A stretch of DNA of 64,000 nt, taken from NCBI GenBank assembly GCA_910587895.1, contig CAJUOE010000039.1:1711-65710 (forward strand). The letters are read 5' to 3'. Position numbers and translations under genes: made by a program. The DNA comes from an uncultured Lachnospiraceae bacterium (GTDB lineage: Bacteria; Bacillota; Clostridia; Lachnospirales; Lachnospiraceae). A model generated the notes under the pieces. The model was not told the DNA's origin. It searched no databases and saw only the letters and a list, made by a program, of their open reading frames with translations. Of the stretch, positions 17,674-26,220 are shown piece after piece. Each line of letters begins with the position of its first letter. Positions within the stretch are counted from its first letter, which is position 1.

Positions 17674-19020
17674 ATGGAAAAGCAATCGAATGAGTCGCAG
17701 GAACTGGATTCCCAGAAACAGTTTGGAGAAGAGTACGCCCGCATAATAAAAGAACGCTATAGTGATCCGGATGCGTTTTTGCCGAAAAAGAAAGGCCTGG
17801 GATTTGGCTCAGGTATTTTGATTGGAAGCATCTGTACGATGCTGGTAATTTTCGTCGTGTTTGTCGGTGGTTATACCATTGTGAATACTATGGGTTCCTC
17901 GATTGACAAGGATTCAAATGACGAGAAATCGTTAAAAGAAGAGCTGGTCGATGATTCCTTCGAGAAAAAAGTGACGGAGCTGTCCAAGCTCATAGACCAG
18001 TATTATTATGAAGAAATTGATAAGAATGCCCTCGTGGAGGGCATGTACGCCGGAATGGCGGAGGGGCTGGGAGACCCTTATTCCGCATATTTTTCTGCGG
18101 AGGAGTATGCCTCCTTCAATGAAAGCACGACAGGCGTTTATTGTGGAATCGGCACGGTGCTGACCCAGGATGTGAAGACGAATGTGGTGACAATCCTGCA
18201 TGTCTATCCGGAAACTCCGGCGGAGGAATCAGGAATTAAGGATGGGGATATTATTGTTAAGGTGGACGATATTGCGGGGGACAGCATGGAGCTGTCTGAA
18301 CTCTCAAACCATATCAAGGGGGAAGAGGGCACGAAAGTCCACATAGAGGTCATGCGCCAGGGAGAGAGTGACCACCTGGGATTTGACGTGGAGCGCAGGA
18401 AGATTGAGGTGCCTACGGTTGAGTACCAGATGCTGGAAGGCAAGGTTGGGCTTGTCCGCATTACCGAGTTCTCCAATGGCACGCCGGAGCAATTTGACAA
18501 GGCAATCAGGGAATTGCAGGAGCAGGGAATGGTTTCGATGATTGTGGATTTGCGCGATAATCCGGGAGGCGTGCTCCAGTCAGTATGCGAAATGCTAGAC
18601 AAGATTTTGCCGGAGGGATTGCTGGTATACACGGAAGACAAATATGGAAACCGCTCCGATTATAAATCGGATAAGGACTGCATGGACATTCCGATGGCTG
18701 TTTTGATCAATGGAAACAGCGCAAGCGCCTCTGAGATTTTTGCGGGTGCGGTTAAGGATTACGAATACGGAACGCTGATTGGGACGACGTCGTTCGGAAA
18801 AGGAATTGTGCAGACGATTATCCCGCTCAAAGACGGCAGCGCAATAAAGCTTACGATGGCGAAATATTTTACGCCCAAAGGAAATTATATCCATGAGGCA
18901 GGCATTTCCCCGGATATTGAGCTGGAGTACGAATATTTGAACGAGGATGACGAGACATACGATCCCATGCACGACAATCAGGTGCTGAAAGCCCTGGAGG
19001 TTCTCGGCGGGGAAAAATGA
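17674..19020 (+). CDS. S41-family carboxy-terminal processing peptidase (Ctp) with PDZ domain
   Basis: N-terminal TM anchor, PDZ segment (GIKDGDIIVKVDD), catalytic NGNSASASEIFAGA (Ser) and TFGKGIVQ (Lys). Confidence 0.85.
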   Translation: MEKQSNESQELDSQKQFGEEYARIIKERYSDPDAFLPKKKGLGFGSGILIGSICTMLVIFVVFVGGYTIVNTMGSSIDKDSNDEKSLKEELVDDSFEKKVTELSKLIDQYYYEEIDKNALVEGMYAGMAEGLGDPYSAYFSAEEYASFNESTTGVYCGIGTVLTQDVKTNVVTILHVYPETPAEESGIKDGDIIVKVDDIAGDSMELSELSNHIKGEEGTKVHIEVMRQGESDHLGFDVERRKIEVPTVEYQMLEGKVGLVRITEFSNGTPEQFDKAIRELQEQGMVSMIVDLRDNPGGVLQSVCEMLDKILPEGLLVYTEDKYGNRSDYKSDKDCMDIPMAVLINGNSASASEIFAGAVKDYEYGTLIGTTSFGKGIVQTIIPLKDGSAIKLTMAKYFTPKGNYIHEAGISPDIELEYEYLNEDDETYDPMHDNQVLKALEVLGGEK

Positions 19021-19044
19021 TATTTATTCCCGCGAGGTTTTTGA

Positions 19045-19073
19045 TTGACAAAGCAGACGGAATCATATATGAT
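19045..19073 (+). promoter_or_regulatory. Sigma-A type promoter of the thi operon
   Basis: TTGACA (19045-19050), 17 nt, TATGAT (19068-19073). Confidence 0.5.
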
Positions 19074-19089
19074 TATAGACAACCAAATA

Positions 19090-19216
19090 AACGCAGAGGG
19101 ACTGCATAGCAGTTGAGAAGGTTAAAACCTGACTCTTTGAACCTGTCAGTTAATACTGTCGTAGGGAGCGGAACGTAAACAGAAAGAAGACGCTGTCACG
19201 GCACGTCTTCTTTTTT
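19090..19216 (+). promoter_or_regulatory. TPP (THI-box) riboswitch with intrinsic terminator
   Basis: GGGACTGC..TTGAGAAGG..ACCTGACTCTTTGAACCTGTCAGTTAATACTGTCGTAGGGAGC matches the THI-element cores (CUGAGA-like; ACCUGAUCUGGAUAAUGCCAGCGUAGGGA-like). It is followed by the hairpin GAAGACG..CGTCTTC plus TTTTTT (19186-19216), directly upstream of thiC. Confidence 0.8.
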
Positions 19217-19252
19217 CTGTTATCCGGTTTCCTTCAAAAGGAGAAAAGGATT

Positions 19253-20557
19253 ATGAGAAAATTTGCAACACAGATGGAAGCGGCGCGAAGGGGCATTGTA
19301 ACCGAAGAGTTAAAGAAGGTAGCGAAGAAGGAGCGCATGGCGGTGGAAGAGCTGCTGCCGTTGGTGGCAGAGGGAAAAGTTGTAATCTGCGCCAATAAGA
19401 ACCATGCCTGTATTGAGCCGGAGGGCGTGGGCTCCATGCTGAAGACAAAAATCAATGTCAATCTTGGCGTTTCCAGAGACTGCAAGGATTATGATGTTGA
19501 GATGGAGAAGGTAATGGAAGCCGTGAACATGGGCGCACATGCCATCATGGATTTGTCTTCCCATGGGGATACGATTCCCTTCCGCAGAAAACTTACCTCG
19601 GAATGCCCGGCAATGATTGGCACGGTTCCGGTATATGATTCCGTCATTCACTATCAGAGGGATCTGGCGACATTGACGGCAAAGGATTTTCTGGATGTGG
19701 TGCGCCTTCATGCGGAGGATGGTGTTGACTTTGTCACGCTTCACTGCGGGATTACCAGAAAAACCATTGAGCAGATCCGAAAGCACAAACGGAAGATGAA
19801 TATTGTATCGCGCGGTGGTTCCCTAGTCTTTGCATGGATGTGCATGACCGGAGAGGAGAATCCGTTTTACGAATATTACGATGAAATTCTTGAGATATGC
19901 CGTGAGTATGATGCGACCATATCACTGGGGGACGCCTGCCGTCCGGGCTGTCTGGCGGACGGCTCCGACGTATGCCAGATCGAAGAGCTGGTGCGCCTGG
20001 GAGAGCTTACCAAACGTGCCTGGGAGCGCGACGTGCAGGTAATGGTAGAAGGACCGGGGCATATGCCGATGGATCAGATTGCAGCCAATATGAAATTGCA
20101 GCAGACCATCTGCATGGGCGCGCCTTTCTATGTGTTGGGACCGATAGTAACCGATATCGCGCCGGGATACGACCATATCACATCGGCAATCGGCGGGGCG
20201 ATTGCAGCGCAGAATGGAGCAGCATTTCTCTGTTACGTAACGCCCGCAGAACACCTGGCGCTGCCGAACGTGGAGGATGTCAAACAAGGAATCATAGCCT
20301 CCAAAATCGCGGCTCATGCAGCGGATATCGCAAAAGGCGTGCGCGGCGCGCGGGAGATAGATGATAAGATGGCAGACGCCAGGAGGGCGTTGGACTGGGA
20401 GGCACAGTGGGCGTGCGCCATGGATCCTGAGACGGCGAAGAGGATTCGGGAAGAACGGAAACCGGAGCACGACGATACCTGTTCCATGTGCGGGAAATTC
20501 TGTGCGGTGCGCAGTATGAACAAGGCTTTGTCCGGCGAGTATATCGACATTCTGTGA
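19253..20557 (+). CDS. thiC: Phosphomethylpyrimidine synthase ThiC
   Basis: 434 aa, highly conserved throughout ([36 protein letters not shown]) with the C-terminal Cys motif [10 protein letters not shown]. Confidence 0.95.
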   Translation: MRKFATQMEAARRGIVTEELKKVAKKERMAVEELLPLVAEGKVVICANKNHACIEPEGVGSMLKTKINVNLGVSRDCKDYDVEMEKVMEAVNMGAHAIMDLSSHGDTIPFRRKLTSECPAMIGTVPVYDSVIHYQRDLATLTAKDFLDVVRLHAEDGVDFVTLHCGITRKTIEQIRKHKRKMNIVSRGGSLVFAWMCMTGEENPFYEYYDEILEICREYDATISLGDACRPGCLADGSDVCQIEELVRLGELTKRAWERDVQVMVEGPGHMPMDQIAANMKLQQTICMGAPFYVLGPIVTDIAPGYDHITSAIGGAIAAQNGAAFLCYVTPAEHLALPNVEDVKQGIIASKIAAHAADIAKGVRGAREIDDKMADARRALDWEAQWACAMDPETAKRIREERKPEHDDTCSMCGKFCAVRSMNKALSGEYIDIL

Positions 20558-20575
20558 TGCCAAAGGGGGAAAGTC

Positions 20576-21115
20576 ATGAGATTGAACGTTAAAAAACTGG
20601 CGCTGGCAGGAATGATGACGGCGCTTGGCGTGTGCCTGTCAACGTTCTCGATTCCGGTGGGGGTTTCCAGATGTTTTCCAATACAGCATCTGTTGAATGT
20701 GCTTGCCGGTGTATTTCTGGGACCGGGATATGCACTGGGATTTTCTTTCTCTACGGCGCTCATCCGCAATTTTTTAGGAACGGGAAGCCTCCTTGCCTTT
20801 CCGGGCAGCATGGCAGGAGCTTTTTTGGGCGCGTTGTTCTACCGTTACAGTGGAAAGGTCTGGATGACATTTGTCGGTGAGATAGTGGGAACCGGGATTC
20901 TGGGCGGTATGCTGTGCTATCCTGTGGCATTCCTTTTCATGGGGAATCGGGAGGCGGCGGTATTCACCTATGTCCTTCCATTTTTAATCAGTACGGTGGG
21001 AGGCTGTATGATGGCGGCAGTGCTTTTGGGGATTCTGTTTAAGTCAGGCGCCTTCCGTTGCCTGAAAAGCATGGTGGATGAGCAGCCGGCCGTCCGGAAA
21101 GGGAAACCGTCATGA
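20576..21115 (+). CDS. thiW: ECF-transporter S component ThiW (thiazole precursor)
   Basis: 179-aa six-TM protein, MTALGV..FPIQHLLNVLAGVFLGP.. pattern, located inside the thi operon. Confidence 0.75.
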   Translation: MRLNVKKLALAGMMTALGVCLSTFSIPVGVSRCFPIQHLLNVLAGVFLGPGYALGFSFSTALIRNFLGTGSLLAFPGSMAGAFLGALFYRYSGKVWMTFVGEIVGTGILGGMLCYPVAFLFMGNREAAVFTYVLPFLISTVGGCMMAAVLLGILFKSGAFRCLKSMVDEQPAVRKGKPS

Positions 21116-21987
21116 ACCTGGGCTATAAAATAAGACCGGAAGAGATTGCCGGGATATTTCAGGAAATTCGCAGGAAAAGGCCATTGATACATATGTTGCC
21201 GAACGCGGTTTCGGCGTCTTTATGCGCAGACGGATTGTCTGCGCTCGGGGCGCGCCCCCTTATGGCGGTGGCAGCCTGTGAGATGGCGGAAATTACGCAG
21301 CAGGCGGATGCAAGCGTCATCAATCTGGGACAGCCTGATTTGGAAAAGCTGCGGGCGGCAGAGGCGGTGGTAAAAGAGGCGGCAGGGAGCGCCAAACCGC
21401 TGGTGCTTGATCCGGTAGGGTGCGGAGCGTCCCGGTTTCGCCTGGAGTCTGTGCAGAGAATCTTAAATATGCCGTGGCAGGGAATTGTCAAAGGAAATCG
21501 TTCAGAACTATACAGCATCCAGCAGAATTGCCTGACAAAAGAAGGCGTTGACGCCATCGCGGATTGGGAATTGTCGGAGCAGGTTCCCGCGGGCAGGGTA
21601 TATTTGGCGACTGGAGAGCAAGACCTGATTCTGTGGGAGCAAAAAAGCTTGAAGATTCCACATAAAGAGGAGCATTGCCCCGGAAAAAAGAGCCGATATA
21701 ACATTGTAGGCAGCGGCTGCCTGACGGGGGCGGTGGCAGGCGCATGTTATGCGGCCGCCTTAAGCCTGCAGCCGGACATGAGGGCAATTTGTGATGAGGA
21801 AGTTCATGCCCAAATGAGGGTGAAGGCCGTCCTGGCCGCGTCTTTGGGCATGGCTTTTAGCTTGCGGCGTGCAGATAAAGCTTCCGGTTATGGAATGGCA
21901 AAGACGGCTTTGCTGGATGGCTTATGCCTGCTTGCCAGAGAAGAATTTGAAGATTGGATAAGGCAGAACGTGCAAACTGATATTTGA
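21112..21987 (+). CDS. thiM: Hydroxyethylthiazole kinase ThiM
   Basis: RKRPLIHMLPNAVSASLCADGLSALGARPLMA and VLDPVGCGAS motifs. ATGA overlap with thiW. Confidence 0.8.
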   Translation: MNLGYKIRPEEIAGIFQEIRRKRPLIHMLPNAVSASLCADGLSALGARPLMAVAACEMAEITQQADASVINLGQPDLEKLRAAEAVVKEAAGSAKPLVLDPVGCGASRFRLESVQRILNMPWQGIVKGNRSELYSIQQNCLTKEGVDAIADWELSEQVPAGRVYLATGEQDLILWEQKSLKIPHKEEHCPGKKSRYNIVGSGCLTGAVAGACYAAALSLQPDMRAICDEEVHAQMRVKAVLAASLGMAFSLRRADKASGYGMAKTALLDGLCLLAREEFEDWIRQNVQTDI

Positions 21988-22015
21988 AATAACCTGGCAG
22001 GATAATGGCAGATGC

Positions 22016-22660
22016 ATGGAAATGAGAAAGAAGGTGCATGATATGGGAAGATGGCTGTATTTGATTGCGGATTTCTCCTGTGGAGAGGAGGCTATCAGGC
22101 AGTCTCTGGAGGCGGGGATTGATTACATCCAGCTTCGGGAGAAAGAGATTACTTCTGCAAAATATTTAAAAAGGGCAAGAAGATTACGCGAGATGACGGC
22201 GGATTTTGACACAAAACTGATCATCAACGATCGACTGGATATCGCGATGCTCTGTGATGCGGACGGCGTACATCTGGGACAATCCGATATTCCTGTGCGG
22301 GATGCCCGTATGCTGCTCGGCAAAGGGAAAATTGTCGGGGCTACGGCAAAGACCGTGGAGCAGGCGAAACAGGCGATGGCAGAAGGCGCCGATTATCTGG
22401 GGAGCGGCGCATGGTTTCCAACGGAGACGAAAAAGGACGCCGTTTCTCTTTCGGAGGAAGTTTACCGTGCCATTCTCAAAGCGGCGCCCATACCCAATGT
22501 GGCGGTGGGCGGCATTACTGCAGATAACTGCAGAAGGCCGCTGGAATGCGGCGCGGCAGGGCTTGCCATATCCGCTGGGATTCTGAAAGCGGAGAGACCG
22601 GCAGCAGAGATTGCCAGGATTCGGGAATGCCTGCAAGGATTTTCAGGAGGAAACGTATGA
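22016..22660 (+). CDS. thiE: Thiamine-phosphate synthase ThiE
   Basis: LYLIAD..IDYIQLREK..INDRLDIA...DADGVHLGQSD..GATAKT..A..GADYLG.G. The ATG at 22043 (MGRWLYLIAD) has the better RBS and may be the true start. Confidence 0.85.
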   Translation: MEMRKKVHDMGRWLYLIADFSCGEEAIRQSLEAGIDYIQLREKEITSAKYLKRARRLREMTADFDTKLIINDRLDIAMLCDADGVHLGQSDIPVRDARMLLGKGKIVGATAKTVEQAKQAMAEGADYLGSGAWFPTETKKDAVSLSEEVYRAILKAAPIPNVAVGGITADNCRRPLECGAAGLAISAGILKAERPAAEIARIRECLQGFSGGNV

Positions 22661-23445
22661 AGACGGTACTTACGATAGCCGGCAGCGATTGCAGCGGAGG
22701 AGCCGGAATACAGGCGGATTTAAAGACAATTACAACGCGGGGGCTGTATGGTGAGAGCGTGATCACTGCACTGACAGCACAGAACACCATGGGGGTAGCG
22801 GAGATTCTTCCGGTATCCCCTGACTTTTTGGAGAAACAGCTGGAGTGCGTGTTTACGGATATTGTTCCTGATGCCGTGAAGGTGGGAATGATTACCGGCG
22901 TGGAACAGATGGAGGTCATCGCAAGATGCCTGAAGAAATATCAGGCCAGGCATGTTGTGGTGGATACCGTGATGGTATCCACCAGCGGCAGGCATCTGAT
23001 GGAGCCGGAGGCGATGGAATATTACTGTACGAGGCTGCTTCCGATGGCAGAGCTCTATACGCCGAATCTTCCGGAGGCGGAGGCTTTGTTAAAAACAACT
23101 GTCAAAACAAGAGAAGAAAGGGTTGCGGCAGCCAGGGAGTTTGCGTTACAATACAGAGGTATCATTTATTTGAAAGGCGGACATGACGCCGTCTGCGCAG
23201 ATGATTTGTTTTATGATGGGAAAGAGTTTATGTGGCTTGAGGAGAAACGCATTGAAAGCAGCAATACCCATGGGACGGGCTGTACGCTGTCCTCAGCCAT
23301 TGCCTGCGGACTTGCAATGGGGCTGTCCGCGAAAGACAGCGTCCGGCAGGCGAAGGAGTATGTTACGGGAGCAATTGCAGACGGCATGGAGTTAGGGAAG
23401 GGAAATGGACCGCTGAACCATATGTATCAAATGAAAAAATCATAA
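22657..23445 (+). CDS. thiD: Hydroxymethylpyrimidine/phosphomethylpyrimidine kinase ThiD
   Basis: VLTIAGSDCSGGAGIQADLKT..TALTAQNT..VKVGM..THGTGCTLSSAIA. The ATG at 22657 overlaps the thiE stop (ATGA). Confidence 0.9.
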   Translation: MKTVLTIAGSDCSGGAGIQADLKTITTRGLYGESVITALTAQNTMGVAEILPVSPDFLEKQLECVFTDIVPDAVKVGMITGVEQMEVIARCLKKYQARHVVVDTVMVSTSGRHLMEPEAMEYYCTRLLPMAELYTPNLPEAEALLKTTVKTREERVAAAREFALQYRGIIYLKGGHDAVCADDLFYDGKEFMWLEEKRIESSNTHGTGCTLSSAIACGLAMGLSAKDSVRQAKEYVTGAIADGMELGKGNGPLNHMYQMKKS

Positions 23446-23456
23446 GGAGACTGAAA

Positions 23457-24380
23457 ATGAGAAAGAAAATATTATTGCTGGGACTGAGCATCTGTCTTTT
23501 TGCAATATCTTGCAGCGGCAAAGACGCACCGAAGGAGAATGTTTCAGAGAACACCGAAGAAAGTGAGAAGACGGAAGAAGGAAACGGCGGGGAATCCGAA
23601 GGTGAGCCAGGCAAACAGGAGGACAAAGAGGATTCGCCGAAGGAACAGCCAAAATCAGATGGAGAAAAACAGCAGAATAATACCGTGCAGAAAGAAATTA
23701 CGAAAGTACCGCAGGTAACGTTTACAGACTACTCACAGAATATTGAGGAAGACGGCGTATTGATGCTGGCAGTGACGGAAAACTGTCCGGTTATCACGGT
23801 CGAGGAAAGTGAAGATATTGCGCAGCGGATGAATATGGTATTTGAGCAGCAGCATGTTACCAATCAGGATGAGATACAGAGGAAAGCGGAAGAGGCCAAA
23901 GCGTTCTATAAGGGATTGTCCAAGGAGGAGGTTTCTTCCTGGGCAGGTTATGGCTATGGAATGAGCTATAAGATGATGTACGCCTCTACGAAGATTTTGA
24001 GCATAGAGTCGGAGAGCTATGACTGGCAGGGAGCCTCACAGCCTGGTAAATGGACTTCCGCATATTGCTTTGATGTGACTAGCGGAGACCTGCTGTCGCT
24101 TGTGGATGTGTTTACGGATGAGGAGGCAGTGAGAAAGATTGTCTCGGAGCATATTAAGGACACCATCACGAAGGATCCGTACAAAGATGCGCTGCTGGAT
24201 GATTATGAGAGCTATGTGGATGACGTTATGACCGAAAACACATTTTATCTGAATGAGAAAGGACTGGTTGTGATCTGTAATCCTTTCATGGTCACAGGGG
24301 ACACCGTGGGTACGATAGAAGTTGAGGTTCCATATAAGGAGATAAAGGACAGGATGAATCCCGAATATGTCCTTAATTAG
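23457..24380 (+). CDS. Lipoprotein with DUF4163/DUF3298-like (RsiV/PdaC C-terminal type) domains
   Basis: Lipobox LFAISC, an acidic low-complexity linker, then the ..ILSIESESYDWQGASQPG..AYCFDV.SG..L.L.DVF.. and ..FYLNEKGLVVICNPF.. patterns typical of this family. Confidence 0.6.
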   Translation: MRKKILLLGLSICLFAISCSGKDAPKENVSENTEESEKTEEGNGGESEGEPGKQEDKEDSPKEQPKSDGEKQQNNTVQKEITKVPQVTFTDYSQNIEEDGVLMLAVTENCPVITVEESEDIAQRMNMVFEQQHVTNQDEIQRKAEEAKAFYKGLSKEEVSSWAGYGYGMSYKMMYASTKILSIESESYDWQGASQPGKWTSAYCFDVTSGDLLSLVDVFTDEEAVRKIVSEHIKDTITKDPYKDALLDDYESYVDDVMTENTFYLNEKGLVVICNPFMVTGDTVGTIEVEVPYKEIKDRMNPEYVLN

Positions 24381-24407
24381 AGACGCGTGTTACGATAGGA
24401 GAATACT

Positions 24408-24902
24408 ATGCACAAATCACCGCTGACAACCCTGTGCTATATCGAGAAGGACGGCAGGTATCTGATGCTGCACAGGGTAAAAAAGCAAAAAGACGTCAAT
24501 AAAGATAAGTGGATCGGAATTGGAGGACATTTCGAAGATGGGGAGAGCCCGGAGGAATGTCTGCTGCGGGAGGTAAAGGAGGAAACCGGCCTTACGCTGA
24601 CCAGTTTTTCATTTCGCGGGATTGTCACATTTTCCGCTATCGGCTGGCCGACGGAGTACATGTGCCTGTATACGGCGGATCAGTTTGAGGGAACGCTGGC
24701 AGAATGTGACGAGGGAACGCTGGAATGGGTGGAAAAGGAGCGCCTCATGTCCCTCAATCTGTGGGAAGGGGATAAGATTTTCTTCCGCCTGCTGATGGAG
24801 GACGCGCCCTTCTTTTCCCTGAAACTGAGTTATGATGGAGATGAACTGACAGAAGTAGTATTAAATGGAACTACTATGGAACTGCCAGGAGCCAGCAGTT
24901 AG
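24408..24902 (+). CDS. NUDIX hydrolase (MutT/8-oxo-dGTP diphosphatase-like)
   Basis: Nudix box GGHFEDGESPEECLLREVKEETGL. Confidence 0.8.
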   Translation: MHKSPLTTLCYIEKDGRYLMLHRVKKQKDVNKDKWIGIGGHFEDGESPEECLLREVKEETGLTLTSFSFRGIVTFSAIGWPTEYMCLYTADQFEGTLAECDEGTLEWVEKERLMSLNLWEGDKIFFRLLMEDAPFFSLKLSYDGDELTEVVLNGTTMELPGASS

Positions 24903-24907
24903 CCGGT

Positions 24908-25429
24908 CTATGTGTTTAAGCAGGGATATAGTTTTTCCTGCCAGTGTTCCTGCAGACGGGTGATGGACCATGCAGCATTTGCAGGGCTGGTGGAGGGGAG
25001 GGGCTGGATAGTTCCGATTTCTGCAAAATCACAGAGCGTAGGAGTAATATATTTCTCATATAAATCACAGGCTTTCTTTCCGTTGCCGAAGACGGCAGAG
25101 ATAGGAGCCTGTTTCAGCAGGCCGGCAATGTCGGCGGGAACTACGTTTCGGATGCTGCTGTCGGAAGAACCGATGATTTCGCAGCTCAAAATGACGTCCC
25201 ACACGGCAATGTTGTGGCTGAGGAGAAGATGTTTCTTTTCTTCGATGGTTGTGGGAACCGGTTCTTTTGTGATGTGGGCAAGCACTTTCCAGAACCGGTT
25301 CTGGGGATGTCCATAATAAAATTGCTGTTCCCTTGATTTTACCGAGGGAAAGGTTCCGAGGATTAAAATTTTGGAATGATGATCAAAAACCGGTGGAAAC
25401 GTGTGAGTGTGCTGTTCGTATTCTGCCAT
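24908..25429 (-). CDS. DNA-deoxyinosine glycosylase (UDG family 6-like)
   Basis: ILILGTFPSVKSREQQFYYGHPQNRFWKVL and the C-terminal PSTSPANA pattern are typical of hypoxanthine-DNA glycosylases. Confidence 0.7.
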   Translation of the reverse strand: MAEYEQHTHTFPPVFDHHSKILILGTFPSVKSREQQFYYGHPQNRFWKVLAHITKEPVPTTIEEKKHLLLSHNIAVWDVILSCEIIGSSDSSIRNVVPADIAGLLKQAPISAVFGNGKKACDLYEKYITPTLCDFAEIGTIQPLPSTSPANAAWSITRLQEHWQEKLYPCLNT

Positions 25430-25494
25430 AGGGAGACTCCTTTCTCAGTGCAGGGTTATTAAAATTATTATACACATGCGTGGGAGGAATTACA

Positions 25495-26178
25495 ATGGAT
25501 GAGACGATGAGGAACAAAGGAAAACGTTTAAGTCAGTATGTCGGCGATTATGTCGTATTTGACTTAGAGACCACGGGCGTACGCGCCAATTTAGATGAAA
25601 TAATAGAAATTTCTGCCATCCGTGTGCGGGAACACAGACCTGTGGAAGAATATTCCACGCTGGTTCAGCCGGGAATGCATATTCCGGCGGCGGCCACGGC
25701 GGTGAACCATATTACGGATGATATGGTGAAAGATGCGCCGAAGATTGCCGATGCCCTTAAAGGGTTTCTGGAATTTGCAGGAAATGATATTCTGGTGGGC
25801 CATAACATTCAGCAGTTTGATTTGAAATTTATTTATCGGGATGTGATGGACATCTCAGGTAAGGAAGTGGAAAACGATTACATTGACACGCTTTACATGG
25901 CGCGGCAATATTTGCCGGAGCTTTCCCATTACAGGCTGTCGGATGTATCAGAGTATTTCGGCATCAACACCGTGGGCGCCCACCGGGCGTTAAACGACTG
26001 CGCGATGAATCAGAAGTGTTATGAGGAGCTGGGGAAAATCCTGCAAAGAAGGCGCGAGGAGCAGCCGGAAATCCTCTGTCCGAAGTGTGGTCTGGAGATG
26101 GTGAAACGCAGTGGAAAATACGGGGAGTTCTATGGATGCAGTGATTTTCCGCGATGCAGGGGAACGCGTAAAATATAG
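25495..26178 (+). CDS. DEDDh 3'-5' exonuclease (DnaQ-like) with C-terminal topoisomerase-type C4 zinc finger
   Basis: Exo [10 protein letters not shown], Exo [14 protein letters not shown], Exo III HRALNDC. The C-terminus [17 protein letters not shown] resembles zf-C4_Topoisom. GGGAGG RBS before the ATG at 25495. Confidence 0.8.
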   Translation: MDETMRNKGKRLSQYVGDYVVFDLETTGVRANLDEIIEISAIRVREHRPVEEYSTLVQPGMHIPAAATAVNHITDDMVKDAPKIADALKGFLEFAGNDILVGHNIQQFDLKFIYRDVMDISGKEVENDYIDTLYMARQYLPELSHYRLSDVSEYFGINTVGAHRALNDCAMNQKCYEELGKILQRRREEQPEILCPKCGLEMVKRSGKYGEFYGCSDFPRCRGTRKI

Positions 26179-26220
26179 AGAGTTGAAAAGCGAAAAGAAA
26201 GGCGCCGGAAGGCTTGGTGT

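Noticed and set aside
16818-17744. 308-aa antisense ORF over ftsX (similar shadow ORFs at 55540-56532 in secA, 28623-29420 in the HD-GYP gene, 13700-14317, 19922-20563 and 56584-57309)
   Set aside because: They lie opposite to genes with unambiguous conserved motifs. Their translations are low-complexity and His/Arg/Cys-rich, and they have no RBS.
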